Source: Candidatus Eiseniibacteriota bacterium (lineage in GTDB: Bacteria; Eisenbacteria; RBG-16-71-46). From it: a DNA stretch of 64,000 bases. Shown here piece after piece: positions 49,009 to 58,880 of this stretch. The notes under the pieces are model-generated. The model was given only the letters and a program-made list of their open reading frames with translations, was not told where the DNA came from and did no database searches. How positions within the stretch are numbered: position 1 is the first letter of the stretch; every line of letters begins with the position of its first letter. The stretch covers positions 352,001-416,000 of the forward strand of contig JBGAML010000001.1 in NCBI GenBank assembly GCA_044223005.1. Reading direction: 5' to 3'. A program made the position numbers and the translations under genes.

Positions 49009-49467
49009 TCAGTCGGCGAGCCCCGTGATCTGCACCTGCACGATGCGCCACCGCCCGTCGCGGCGGACGTACGTGTCCGTATAGCGGTAGTGCGTGCGGA
49101 ACTCCTTGCCGTCGTAGTGCCCGCTCATGCGCGTGCTGCCGGTGAGGAGCGCGGCGTCGCCGTAGAGGCGGACTTCGAAGTCCTCGACCGTATACGGGTC
49201 GATCGTGAGCTTGGGGTCGAGCAGGTCCGTCACGAATTCGGCCTTCGCCGACACGTCGCCGCGGCGGTCGATCTGGCGGAAGTCGTCGGCCATGTTGGCC
49301 TCGATCGCCGCGCGGTCCTTGCGCACGATGGCCGCGTCCCAGGCGTCGGCCTGCGCGCGCAGCACCGCGCGGTCGGAACGCGTGTCGCGGACGTCGACGT
49401 GGGCGCAGCCGGCGAGGGCCACGAGCGGGAGCGCGAGCAGCCAGGCGGGACGGATCGTTCGGGACAT
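49009..49467 (-). CDS. NTF2-like (DUF4440) lipoprotein
   Basis: Lipobox LAGC; V.LYGD.A...YTDTYV..DG.W.IV. Confidence 0.85.
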   Translation of the reverse strand: MSRTIRPAWLLALPLVALAGCAHVDVRDTRSDRAVLRAQADAWDAAIVRKDRAAIEANMADDFRQIDRRGDVSAKAEFVTDLLDPKLTIDPYTVEDFEVRLYGDAALLTGSTRMSGHYDGKEFRTHYRYTDTYVRRDGRWRIVQVQITGLAD

Positions 49468-49629
49468 GCGGCTCCTCCTCGGGAGACGAGGGCCGGCCCG
49501 GTCGCGTACGGCCGTCGCGACCCGCGCGGGGCGGCACGCCGGGACCCTCCGCGCGGTGCATACCCGAGCCGGGCGGGCTTGTCACGCGGCTCACGGACCC
49601 GGCCCGCCCCTGTGCTACGATTTTCCGTC

Positions 49630-50481
49630 ATGAACGCCACCACGCGCGCCCTCGTCGCGGGCGCCCTGCTCGTCGCGACGCTCGCCCCCATCACGTTCGC
49701 CCAGTCGCCCACGACCCAGACGCTCGACCAGGGCCGGCTCGTCGTCTACAGCCACGACCGCCCGGTCGCCTCCGAGCGCTTCCGCTGGGACCAGGGCGGC
49801 GATTCGATCACCGTGATCGCCATCGCGACGCGGCAGGGCCGCAAGAGCGACGGTACGGTCGTCGACTTCGAGAAGAGCATGCAGCTCGTGATGAACGCGA
49901 ACGACTTCGGGATGACGAACTACATCTCGAACGAATCGAGCGGTGGCCCGTTGATCGTCCGCAGCATCCTCCCCGGCGACACGGCGCTGACGGTCTACAC
50001 CGAGGTCGCGGGCAAGACGGGCGACGCGGTGAAGCTCGTGCGTCCGCCCGGGCGCATCTTCGCGATGGATGCCGGCCTCTTCACGCTGTTCGACGTCATC
50101 GGCCGCAGCCTGCACGGCCGGCTGTACGGCCCGCGCCCCGTCGGCGTGGTCACGCTGAGCCACGAGCCGAACACGTCCGAGATCCAGGCCGCGCCCGCCG
50201 CGCCGGACACGGTGCGCTGGGAGGGCAAGCGGATCCTCGCCGAACGCATCGCGCTCGCCGACTCGACGTCCGCGTGGACGATGTGGCTCTCGCCCGAGGG
50301 GCACCTGCTGCGGCTGCAGAACGACGAGGCCGGCCTCGTGGTGATGCGCGATCCGGCACCGCAGGCCGTTCCGCGCCGCGGGCCGAAGCCGGCGCCGAAG
50401 CCGGTGCCGCCCCGGCCCGCGCCGGCGCCGCCGGTGAAGGGCGCGCTGCCGAAGGCGACGCCGAAGCCCGCCGCGCACTGA
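49630..50481 (+). CDS. Secreted hypothetical protein with Pro/Lys-rich C-terminal tail
   Basis: MNATTRALVAG signal peptide; host-like codon usage. Confidence 0.7.
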   Translation: MNATTRALVAGALLVATLAPITFAQSPTTQTLDQGRLVVYSHDRPVASERFRWDQGGDSITVIAIATRQGRKSDGTVVDFEKSMQLVMNANDFGMTNYISNESSGGPLIVRSILPGDTALTVYTEVAGKTGDAVKLVRPPGRIFAMDAGLFTLFDVIGRSLHGRLYGPRPVGVVTLSHEPNTSEIQAAPAAPDTVRWEGKRILAERIALADSTSAWTMWLSPEGHLLRLQNDEAGLVVMRDPAPQAVPRRGPKPAPKPVPPRPAPAPPVKGALPKATPKPAAH

Positions 50482-50491
50482 CGCGCGCGCG

Positions 50492-51994
50492 TCAGCGCGC
50501 GCGCGTCTCCAGCCAGCGCACGAGCAACCGCAGCCCGAACGCGTTCGCCCCGCGCGCCGAGTCGGGGCGCGATTCGTACGTCCACGCGGTGCTCGCGATG
50601 TCGAGGTGCGCCCAGCGCAGCCCGCGCGCGAACTGTTCGAGGAACGCCGCCGCGACGCACGACCCGCCCTCGGGGCGCTCGGTCGAGTTGACGAGGTCGG
50701 CGGTGTCGCGCGCCTTGAGCTCGGCGGCGTAGTCGTCCCAGAGTGGCATGCGCCAGAGCCGCTCGCCCACGGCCTCGCCCGCCGCCACCAGCTCCTTCGC
50801 GAACGCGTCGTCGCGCGTGAAGAGGCCCGCGGCGGCGCGGCCGAGCGCGACGGTGATCGCGCCGGTCAGCGTCGCGAGATCGACCACGGCCTCGGGCTGG
50901 AAGCGCTTCGCGTAGCCGAGCGCGTCGGCGAGCAGCAGCCGGCCCTCGGCGTCGGTGTTGGTGACCTCGATCGACGTGCCGCCGAGCGCCCGCACGACGT
51001 CGCCGGGCTTCATCGCGCGATCGCTCACCATGTTCTCGGCGCTGGGGATCAGGCCGACGAGCCGCACGGGCAGATCGAGCGTGGGCAGCGACGCGAAGAG
51101 CCCGAGCACCACCGCGGCGCCGGACATGTCGTACTTCATGCGCCCCATGCCGTCGCGCGGCTTGAGCGAGTAGCCGCCGGTGTCGAACGTGACGCCCTTG
51201 CCGATCACCACGATCGTCGGGACCTTCGCGCCGCGCCGCGACGTCTTCGCGGGCGCGTGCTCGAGCACGACGAAGCGCGGCGGGTGCACGCTGCCGCGGC
51301 CCACCGCGAGCGTGCAGCCCATGCCGAGCCGCTCCATCGCTTCCGGGTCGAGCACGGTGCAGCGCGCGCCCACGTGCTTCGCGATCTCCTGCGCGCGCGC
51401 GGCGAGCTGCGCGGGCACGAGGTCCTGCCCGGGCGTGTTCGCGAGATCGCGCGCGAGGCACACGGCCTCGCCGCGCGTGGCGCCCGCGGCGACCGCGTCC
51501 GCGGCCGCGCGCGAAGCGGCCACCGGCAGCAGCACGTCGGCTCGATCGAGCGGCGGCTTCGCGTCGCTGCGGTACGCGGCCCAGCGGTGGTGCCCGAGCA
51601 GCACGCCCTCGGCGATCGCGGTGAGCTCGACCTCCGGCGGCGCCGCGCCGTCGGCGTCGAGCGCGAGCGCGAGCGTGCCCGCGCCGAGGTCGCGCGCGCG
51701 CCGCGCCGCCGCGGCGGCCGCGAGGCGCAGGCGCTGCGGCGCGCGATCGGCCGCGGGGCCGAGGCCCACGAGCAGCACGCGCTTCGCCTTCACGCCGCGC
51801 GGGTGCAGCAGCGCGGTCTCGCCCGCGCGACCGCGGAAGTCGCCCGCGGCGAGCTCCGCCGCGACCGCGCCGCGCGTCGCGCGGTCGAGGCGCTTCGCGG
51901 CGCCACCCGCGCGCGGCGTTCCCTCGTGCACGCCCACGGCGAGGAGCCCCGCCGCCTTCGTCGCCAGGTCCGCCCGGCGCACCGTCACGTCCAT
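50492..51994 (-). CDS. pepA: Leucyl aminopeptidase (M17)
   Basis: GKGVTFDTGG, MKYDM.GAA, NTDAEGRL.LAD, DLATLTGA, HLDIA. Confidence 0.95.
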   Translation of the reverse strand: MDVTVRRADLATKAAGLLAVGVHEGTPRAGGAAKRLDRATRGAVAAELAAGDFRGRAGETALLHPRGVKAKRVLLVGLGPAADRAPQRLRLAAAAAARRARDLGAGTLALALDADGAAPPEVELTAIAEGVLLGHHRWAAYRSDAKPPLDRADVLLPVAASRAAADAVAAGATRGEAVCLARDLANTPGQDLVPAQLAARAQEIAKHVGARCTVLDPEAMERLGMGCTLAVGRGSVHPPRFVVLEHAPAKTSRRGAKVPTIVVIGKGVTFDTGGYSLKPRDGMGRMKYDMSGAAVVLGLFASLPTLDLPVRLVGLIPSAENMVSDRAMKPGDVVRALGGTSIEVTNTDAEGRLLLADALGYAKRFQPEAVVDLATLTGAITVALGRAAAGLFTRDDAFAKELVAAGEAVGERLWRMPLWDDYAAELKARDTADLVNSTERPEGGSCVAAAFLEQFARGLRWAHLDIASTAWTYESRPDSARGANAFGLRLLVRWLETRAR

Positions 51995-52241
51995 GTCGCC
52001 TCCCGATTCGCACCACGGCACGCGCCCGAGCACGCGCGCATGTAAGGTTTTCGCCACGTTACGCCGCCCGGAGCGCTCCGGCCAGCCATGCGGGCGTGAT
52101 TTCGTGCCCGAAACGCTTGCGCGGACCGTCGCAGGACGGCATTCTCCCCGCCGGATTCGCACCCCCCGCGAGCCCGATGCTCCCGCTGTGCCGGCCCCAA
52201 TGCCCGGCATGGATGCCGTGGCAATCCGCAATGGAGGAACC

Positions 52242-53036
52242 ATGATGCTTCGTCGCTCTCTCGCCACCTGCGCCGCCCTCTTCGCCATCGCGCTCCTGCT
52301 CTCGGGCTGCGGCAACAAGACCGCCCAGAACGGCGCGGCCACCAGCGACAGCCTGCTCGCGTCGAGCCCGGTCGAGCAGCCGCAGGGCCAGATCGAGCCG
52401 CAGCAGGGCATGCCGGCCGGCGACACCACGCAGGCGGCGCCCGCGCCCGCGGCGACGACGCCTCCGGCCGAAACGAGCAAGCCGAAGTCGACGCCGAAGC
52501 CCAAGCCGGCTCCGGCGCCCGCGCCGACCGCGACCGTGCCCGCCGGCACCGGCCTCAAGATCACGATGAACGAGCGCCTCAACTCCGAGACCGCCACCGC
52601 CGGCCAGGCGTGGACGGGCAAGCTCGACGAGGCGATCACGATCGGTTCGGCCGCGCCGTTCCCGGCCGGCAGCACGGTGCACGGCGTCGTCGAGGGCGTG
52701 AGCGGCGCGGCCAAGGGTTCGCGCGCGTACCTCGTGCTGCGCGTGACCTCGATCGAGTCCAACGGCACGATGCACGACATCAGCGCGTCGGCGGACAGCA
52801 TGATCGCCGGCTCGACCACGAAGCGGAACCTCGGCGCGATCGCCGGTGGCGCCGCGGCGGGCGCGCTGCTCGGCAAGGCCGTCGGCGGCACGGGCAAGAG
52901 CGCGGTGATCGGCGGCATCCTGGGCGGCGCCGCCGCCACGGGCGCCGTCGCGGCGTCGAAGGGTTTCCAGGTCGACGTGCCGCAGGGCAAGTCGCTCATC
53001 TTCAAGGTCGATCACGACACGAAGGTGAAGCTCTAG
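52242..53036 (+). CDS. Lipoprotein with Pro-rich linker and glycine-zipper motif
   Basis: Lipobox LSGC; GAIAGGAAAGALLG...GGILGG; RBS ggagg. Confidence 0.8.
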   Translation: MMLRRSLATCAALFAIALLLSGCGNKTAQNGAATSDSLLASSPVEQPQGQIEPQQGMPAGDTTQAAPAPAATTPPAETSKPKSTPKPKPAPAPAPTATVPAGTGLKITMNERLNSETATAGQAWTGKLDEAITIGSAAPFPAGSTVHGVVEGVSGAAKGSRAYLVLRVTSIESNGTMHDISASADSMIAGSTTKRNLGAIAGGAAAGALLGKAVGGTGKSAVIGGILGGAAATGAVAASKGFQVDVPQGKSLIFKVDHDTKVKL

Positions 53037-53235
53037 GCTCATCGCGAGTCGCCGCGCGGCGCCGCCGCGTGGCCGCAGGATCCGCGCGGGCGCGGCACCG
53101 GACCGGTGCCGCGCCCGTCGTGCAGGTGCCCCGAGGCGTACCGCGCCCCACTCGGGTTGAACGTCCCGGTACACCCCGGCGGCGCGCGAGAAGGCTCGCT
53201 CGTTGTGGCGCAACGCGTTGCGCCGACCGCAATTG

Positions 53236-53251
53236 TGGCACGCGCGGTGCT
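53236..53251 (+). promoter_or_regulatory. Putative sigma54 -24/-12 promoter
   Basis: TGGCACGCGCGGTGCT, ~90 nt upstream of 53339. Confidence 0.55.
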
Positions 53252-53338
53252 CTCCCTCCTGCCGTCACCGCCACACCCCCACGCCGTACACCACCCGACG
53301 GCCCGCCCGTGGGCACGTCCGCAACGCCGGAGGTTCAC

Positions 53339-54310
53339 TTGAACAAGCGACATCTCGTGATTGCACTGGGCCTCTTCGTCGCGCTCGCGGCCGTCGCCGG
53401 CTGCGGGAAGGCGAGCAAGCCCGCTTCGCCGCTCGGCACGAATGTCGGCGGCAACAACGGCGCGACCGCGGTCGACGTGGCGCAGGTCAGCGACCAGATC
53501 GCGTCGAACCCGGCGCTGATCGACGAAGGCCTCTTCGCCAGTACCGACGCGATGAACATGACGCTCGGCGCGGGCGGCGCCTCGATCATCCGGCCGATCC
53601 GCTGGTGGCGGACGGCGGACTCGATCAGCCGCGCGGTGGACGTGGTGTACGGCGACCCGGATTCGACCGGCCGCCCGACGACCGCCGTCGCGACCATCAC
53701 CAAGCGCTACATCGGCCAGTTCAACATCCTCGCCGGCGACACGGGCGTCGCGGCGATCCACGACTCGCTCCGCATCGTGCGCAAGCCGCTCGACGACACG
53801 TGGGTGCGCAAGCTCGCGTTCCGGCGCTTCCGCGTCGACTCGACCACCGACAGCTCCGGCACCACGACGGTGCACGTGAACTGGCGCATCGTCGGCACGT
53901 CGGGCGTGCAGGTCACGTCGGCGAACGCCACGACGCACATCCAGTCGATCCGCATCCAGGCGGGCGCGAAGGACACGACGATCACCGACCCGCTCGAGCT
54001 GCACCGCCTGCGCCGGATCCTGTGGCTGCCGTCGGACACGCCGGTGACGATCACCGTCTCGACCGGCCGTGCGAGTGACGTGGTCGTGCTCTTCCACAAC
54101 GTGGAGCGCCGCCGGTTCGTCTCGAACGGCGACGGCACCTTCACGATCCAGTTCAAGGACCTGGACTTCCCGGGCCTGCGCCACTTCGGCGTGAACGCCT
54201 TCTCCGCGGGCACGCTGCTGGACGACACGGAGCCGTACGATTCACAGGCGTGGCTGCTGCCGTTCGCGGTGCGCGACCACGATTGCGACGTCGATCGGGG
54301 ACATCACTAG
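53339..54310 (+). CDS. Hypothetical lipoprotein (TTG start)
   Basis: RBS ggagg, lipobox VAGC, beta-rich mature part. Confidence 0.75.
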   Translation: MNKRHLVIALGLFVALAAVAGCGKASKPASPLGTNVGGNNGATAVDVAQVSDQIASNPALIDEGLFASTDAMNMTLGAGGASIIRPIRWWRTADSISRAVDVVYGDPDSTGRPTTAVATITKRYIGQFNILAGDTGVAAIHDSLRIVRKPLDDTWVRKLAFRRFRVDSTTDSSGTTTVHVNWRIVGTSGVQVTSANATTHIQSIRIQAGAKDTTITDPLELHRLRRILWLPSDTPVTITVSTGRASDVVVLFHNVERRRFVSNGDGTFTIQFKDLDFPGLRHFGVNAFSAGTLLDDTEPYDSQAWLLPFAVRDHDCDVDRGHH

Positions 54311-54331
54311 CTTCGCAGCCTGTCCCCCGAC

Positions 54332-54371
54332 GAGCGGGCGGCTTCCCATGGGAGGCCGCCCGTTTCGCGTT
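54332..54371. terminator. Hairpin between convergent genes
   Basis: gcgggcggcttcc-catg-ggaggccgcccgt followed by tt. Confidence 0.65.
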
Positions 54372-54385
54372 CCGGTGCGGCGCGC

Positions 54386-54889
54386 CTACTCCTCGGACTC
54401 GCCCGGGCGCGGCGCGCGGAAGAGCTTGGCCCAGTCCTCGAGTTCGGCACGCGAGAGCGTCGTGGGCTTCTCGGGCTCGCCGTCCGCGTCCTTGCCGCGG
54501 CCGAGGGCGCTCGCGAGGAAGAGATCGCTGAGCGCGATGTCGGCGCCCATGGCGCGCGCGTGCCGCGCGACCTCGAGGTCGGCGGTCACCACGGTGACGC
54601 GATCGACGCGCGAGACCTGCTCCTCGACGATGCGGCGGATCACGTCGTCCGCCTTCTCGGGCGGCCGCGACCAGCGGATCTCGACCGAACCCGAACGCTC
54701 GTCGCGGCCGCCGCCCTCGGCGCCGTCGAAAACGACCAGGTGCCGCACGTGCTCGCTGCCCATCATCCACGACAGCAGGTTCAGCAGCTTCTCGCGCGAC
54801 TCGCGCAGCGTGCGGCCCTCGCCCGGCTTCAGCTGCGGCGTGCGATGGATCAGGTTGTAGCCGTCGATCACGATCAGGCGGTCGCTCAT
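54386..54889 (-). CDS. NYN/PIN-like domain protein (YacP/Rae1-like)
   Basis: IVIDGYN, VVFDG, ADD.I, VVT.D motifs. Confidence 0.85.
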   Translation of the reverse strand: MSDRLIVIDGYNLIHRTPQLKPGEGRTLRESREKLLNLLSWMMGSEHVRHLVVFDGAEGGGRDERSGSVEIRWSRPPEKADDVIRRIVEEQVSRVDRVTVVTADLEVARHARAMGADIALSDLFLASALGRGKDADGEPEKPTTLSRAELEDWAKLFRAPRPGESEE

Positions 54890-55028
54890 GGTGCGGACTC
54901 CTCGGCGAAGGGGCGAGAACAGCCGCGAAGCGTCCGCGAAAGCGCCCCGGGAGTCAACGCGGTGCGCCGAAACGCCGCGCGGCGCGCCCCGGGACCGGGA
55001 CGCGCCGCGCGTGAGGTTCGCGACGAAC

Positions 55029-56288
55029 CTACGAACCGCCACCGTCGGACGTGTGGACGATGCGGCCGGCCGCGCCCACGGCCCAGCCGCGCAGGCCGTC
55101 CGCGAAGTAGACGCCGTAGAGCGCCTGCGCCGAGTTGGACGTCTGCGGCGTCCACGTCGTGCCGCCGTTGCTGGTGCGCAGGATCGCGCCGCTGCCGTTG
55201 CTGCCGACGGCCCAGCCGGAGAGTCCGTTCACCATGTGCAGCGCCTGCAGGTCGTACGCGGCGCCCTGGCTCGTGAGCGACCACACGGGCCCGCCCAGCG
55301 ACGGCGACGTCGAGGGCGTCGAGCCCAGGCCACCCACGGCCCACGCGGCGTCGGTCGAGACGCGCGCCACCGAGCGCAGCGGCTGCGCGGTGATCGCGGG
55401 CAGGACCTGCGTCCAGTTCGCGCCGCCGTCCACGGTGCCGAGGATGATGCCGTCGCCGACGGCCCAGCCGTTCGACGTGTCCGAGAACGCGACGCTGAAG
55501 AGATCCTTGCCGCCCACGAACTGGGTGTCCCAGCTGGTGCCGCCGTTGCGCGTGCGGCCCAGGAACCCTCCCGCGCCGACGACCCAGCCGTACTGCGTGT
55601 TCGCGAAGCGGACGCAGAAGAGGTCGGAGCCGATGCCGGTGCCGGTGAGCTTCGTCCAGCTGGTGCCGCCGTTCGTCGAGTGCATGATCGTGCCGGCCGT
55701 GCCGACCGCCCAGCCCTGCGACGCGGAGGCGAAGCAGATCGCGTTGAGTCGCGAGGTCGTGCCGCTGGTGCGGCTGGTCCACGTCACGCCCGCGTCGGGC
55801 GTGCCGACGAGCGTGCCGGCGTCGCCGACCGCGTAGCCCGTGTGCCCGTCGGGCAGGAACCACACGGCGCGCAGGTTCTGCGTCGTGCCGCTCGCCTGCG
55901 TCGCCCAGCCGCTCGCGGTGCCGTGCACGTAGATCGCGGCCGTCGCGGACTTGCCGCCCGCGGCGCCGGTCACGATCGCGGTGCCCTCGCCGACGGCGGT
56001 CGCCAGCCCGGTGTTGCTGATCGTGCAGACGCGCGTGTCGTTGCTCGACCACGAGAGCGCGACGCTCACCTCGGTGCCACCGGTGTCGAACGCCGCCCCG
56101 ACGAACTGGATCTGTCCGCCGACGGCGAGCGTGTCCAGGTTGGGCGTGACGGTGACGTGCGAAAGCGGCGGCGTCACGGGCGCGACGGGCTTGGTGCTCG
56201 TCCCGCAGCCGGTGAGGAACGCGGCGGACAGGAGGAGCGCCAGCAGCGCCGGGCGCGGGACGGAGATGGAGCTTCGATCGTGTCGCAT
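55029..56288 (-). CDS. Lipoprotein with Ig-like (Big_2) domain and YCF48/BNR-repeat beta-propeller
   Basis: Lipobox LTGC; WSS.D..V.T...G; repeated L..V.F.....GWAVG..G.I..T.DGG..W. Confidence 0.88.
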   Translation of the reverse strand: MRHDRSSISVPRPALLALLLSAAFLTGCGTSTKPVAPVTPPLSHVTVTPNLDTLAVGGQIQFVGAAFDTGGTEVSVALSWSSNDTRVCTISNTGLATAVGEGTAIVTGAAGGKSATAAIYVHGTASGWATQASGTTQNLRAVWFLPDGHTGYAVGDAGTLVGTPDAGVTWTSRTSGTTSRLNAICFASASQGWAVGTAGTIMHSTNGGTSWTKLTGTGIGSDLFCVRFANTQYGWVVGAGGFLGRTRNGGTSWDTQFVGGKDLFSVAFSDTSNGWAVGDGIILGTVDGGANWTQVLPAITAQPLRSVARVSTDAAWAVGGLGSTPSTSPSLGGPVWSLTSQGAAYDLQALHMVNGLSGWAVGSNGSGAILRTSNGGTTWTPQTSNSAQALYGVYFADGLRGWAVGAAGRIVHTSDGGGS

Positions 56289-56609
56289 GCGCGATGATCC
56301 TCGCAGGAACGTCCGGATGGCCGGGACAGGATACTCCGGCAACCCCGATCGCAACCGGGGGTGGCCGGACCCCGTAATTATCGGCCGTCCCAGCCGTCCA
56401 CATGACCGCACTTTGCGGCCGTCCGGCGGGGGCCCGCCGCGCCGGGAAGGGGCCCTCCGGCACGGGCCGGCGCGGGCTTGTGCCGCGCAGGCGGGCGCAA
56501 TACTGTGCCCCGACCTGTTGCCGCTGGGGGTGGCGTCGGCCGAGTTCCCGCCCGGGAGCCGCCGGTTCGCCGGTCACGGGCCGCCCGCCCCGGCGCCGAG
56601 GAAGGCTCC

Positions 56610-57560
56610 ATGCTCGAGATTCGCAGCGTCCGGAAGATCTACGACGACCGCGTCGTCGTGAACGACGTCACGTTCGAAGTGCAGGCCGGGGAGATCTTCG
56701 CGCTCCTGGGGCCGAACGGTGCCGGCAAGACCACCCTCATCCGCATGATCACCGACATCACGCGCCCCGACGGCGGCGCCATCCTTCTCGATGGCCAGCC
56801 GCTGACGGGCCCGAACCGCCCGCGCGTGTCGTACCTGCCGGAAGAGCGCGGGCTCTATCGCAAGGTGCCGGTGCTGGACGCGCTCGCCTACTTCGGCGAA
56901 CTGAAGGGCCTGTCCTCGCGCGAAGCGCGCGCCGCGGCCGTGGCGCTGCTCGAGGAGTTCGAGCTCGCGGCGTGGGCGAAGAAGCCGGTTTCGGCGCTCT
57001 CGAAGGGCATGCAGCAGAAGCTGCAGCTGTGCACGGCGCTCATCGGCGATCCGCAGCTGTTGATCCTCGACGAGCCCTTCAGCGGTCTCGACCCGGTGAA
57101 CGTCGCGCTGCTCGAGGACGTGCTGCGCCGCCGCCGCGCGGCAGGCGTCACGGTCCTGCTCTCGACGCACCAGATGAACAAGGTCGAGCAGCAGTGCGAC
57201 CGGGCGCTGATGATCAACCGCGGCCACATGGTGCTCTACGGCAAGGTCGGCGACATCCGCCGGCAGCACGCCGAGCATGCGTTCCTGCTCGAAGGCGGCT
57301 CGGTGCCGTCCGGCCTGCCGGGCGTGCGCGCACTGGACGCGATGAACGGCGGCACCAAGCTGACGCTCGAACGCACCGCCGATCCGTCGGCCGTGCTCAA
57401 GGCCGCGCTCGACCGCGGCGTCTCGGTCACGGCGTTCACGCCGCTCATCCCGCCGCTGGAGGACATCTTCGTGCAGGTCGTGACCAGCGGTGCCGGCCTC
57501 GACAAGGGCCGCAGCGGCCCGCCCACCGTGGACGAGCTCTATACGGGAGGTGTGCGATGA
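56610..57560 (+). CDS. ABC transporter ATP-binding protein (NatA/YhaQ-like)
   Basis: GPNGAGKT, YLPEERGLY, LSKGMQQK, ILDEPFSGLDP. Confidence 0.93.
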   Translation: MLEIRSVRKIYDDRVVVNDVTFEVQAGEIFALLGPNGAGKTTLIRMITDITRPDGGAILLDGQPLTGPNRPRVSYLPEERGLYRKVPVLDALAYFGELKGLSSREARAAAVALLEEFELAAWAKKPVSALSKGMQQKLQLCTALIGDPQLLILDEPFSGLDPVNVALLEDVLRRRRAAGVTVLLSTHQMNKVEQQCDRALMINRGHMVLYGKVGDIRRQHAEHAFLLEGGSVPSGLPGVRALDAMNGGTKLTLERTADPSAVLKAALDRGVSVTAFTPLIPPLEDIFVQVVTSGAGLDKGRSGPPTVDELYTGGVR

Positions 57561-58873
57561 AGTTCTCGCTCTCCCGCGCCCTGATCATCATGCGCCGCGA
57601 GTACCTGACCACGGTGCGCCGCAAGGCGTTCGTGTTCTCGCTCATGCTCACGCCGGCGATCATGTTCGTCACGATCTCGCTCCAGAAGGCCGGCATCGAG
57701 GAGACCCGCGCCAAGGGCCAGGAAGCGCGCGTCGTCGCGCTCGTGGATTCCTCGGGCATCTTCGCCAGCGCCCCGAGCACGTACGAGTTCTCCACCACGA
57801 CGGACTCGGTGCAGTTCGTCGGCGGCAGCGTGCGCGTCGAGAAGCCCAAGCGCGAGACGATCCCGCTCGTCGCGCGCCGGTTCGCGACGCTGCGCGAGGC
57901 CACCGACTCGCTCGACGCCGGCACCGTGAACACGGTCATGGTGGTGCCCGCGGACTTCCTCGCCGCCGGCGGGATCCGCCGCTACGAGAAGGACACCCGC
58001 GCGCTCACCGGCTCGGCCGACGACCGCGCGATCCGCGGCTGGATGATCCGCTGGATGCTGTCGCAGGGGCTCGATTCGACGCACATCGACCGGGCGCTGA
58101 CGCTCACGCGCACGACCGACCTCTATGTCCCCGCCAAGTCGGGCGGCTATGCACTCAAGGACGACCGGCGCGAGCTGTGGTCGTTCATCCTGCCCTTCGC
58201 GCTCTCGATGCTGCTGGGGCTGGCCATCATCACGGGCGGCCAGTACCTGCTGCAGGGCATCACCGAGGAAAAGGAGACGCGCATCCTCGAGTCCATGCTC
58301 TGCACCGTGACCCCGGACGAGCTCATGCTGGGCAAGCTCCTGGGCCTCGGCGGCGCGGGCCTCACCATGGTGGGCATCTGGACGATCTGCGCATTCCTGT
58401 TCGCGGCGCCCATGCTCGCGTTCCTGAACATCGAGCTCTCGCCGCTGCTGCTCGTCTTCGCCATCACGTACTTCCTGCTGGGCTACCTCTTCTACGGCAG
58501 CCTGATGACGGGCATCGGCGCGATCGCGAACAACGTGCGCGAGGCGCAGCAGATCGCGATCATCTTCACGATGCTGAACTTCATGCCCATCTACGCGATC
58601 GCGACCATCATCAACAACCCGAAGTCGCCGATGACGATGGCGCTCTCGATGTTCCCGCCGACGGCGCCCGCGACGATGATGATGCGCCTGTCCGTGAGCG
58701 CCGTGACGGGCGCGGCCGTACCGATGTGGCAGGTGGGGGCGTCGATCGGCCTGCTCGCGATCACGGCGTTCCTGGCCCTGCGCGCGTCGGCGAAGGTCTT
58801 CCGGATCGGGCTGCTGCTCTACGGCAAGACGCCCAACCTCCCGGAGATCGTGAAGATCCTCCAGCAGAAGTGA
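57557..58873 (+). CDS. ABC-2 type permease (NatB/YhaP-like)
   Basis: ATGA overlap; REY...VR.K.F, EEKE.RILE, GKLLG, 6 TM segments. Confidence 0.9.
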   Translation: MKFSLSRALIIMRREYLTTVRRKAFVFSLMLTPAIMFVTISLQKAGIEETRAKGQEARVVALVDSSGIFASAPSTYEFSTTTDSVQFVGGSVRVEKPKRETIPLVARRFATLREATDSLDAGTVNTVMVVPADFLAAGGIRRYEKDTRALTGSADDRAIRGWMIRWMLSQGLDSTHIDRALTLTRTTDLYVPAKSGGYALKDDRRELWSFILPFALSMLLGLAIITGGQYLLQGITEEKETRILESMLCTVTPDELMLGKLLGLGGAGLTMVGIWTICAFLFAAPMLAFLNIELSPLLLVFAITYFLLGYLFYGSLMTGIGAIANNVREAQQIAIIFTMLNFMPIYAIATIINNPKSPMTMALSMFPPTAPATMMMRLSVSAVTGAAVPMWQVGASIGLLAITAFLALRASAKVFRIGLLLYGKTPNLPEIVKILQQK

Positions 58874-58880
58874 TCCCCGC

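Noticed and set aside
50492..53005. 837-aa N-terminally extended PepA
   Set aside because: The extension is antisense to the lipoprotein gene at 52242-53036; PepA starts at 51994 after an RBS
56402..58873. 823-aa ORF as an ABC ATPase-permease fusion
   Set aside because: ATPase and permease are in different frames with an ATGA overlap at 57557-57560
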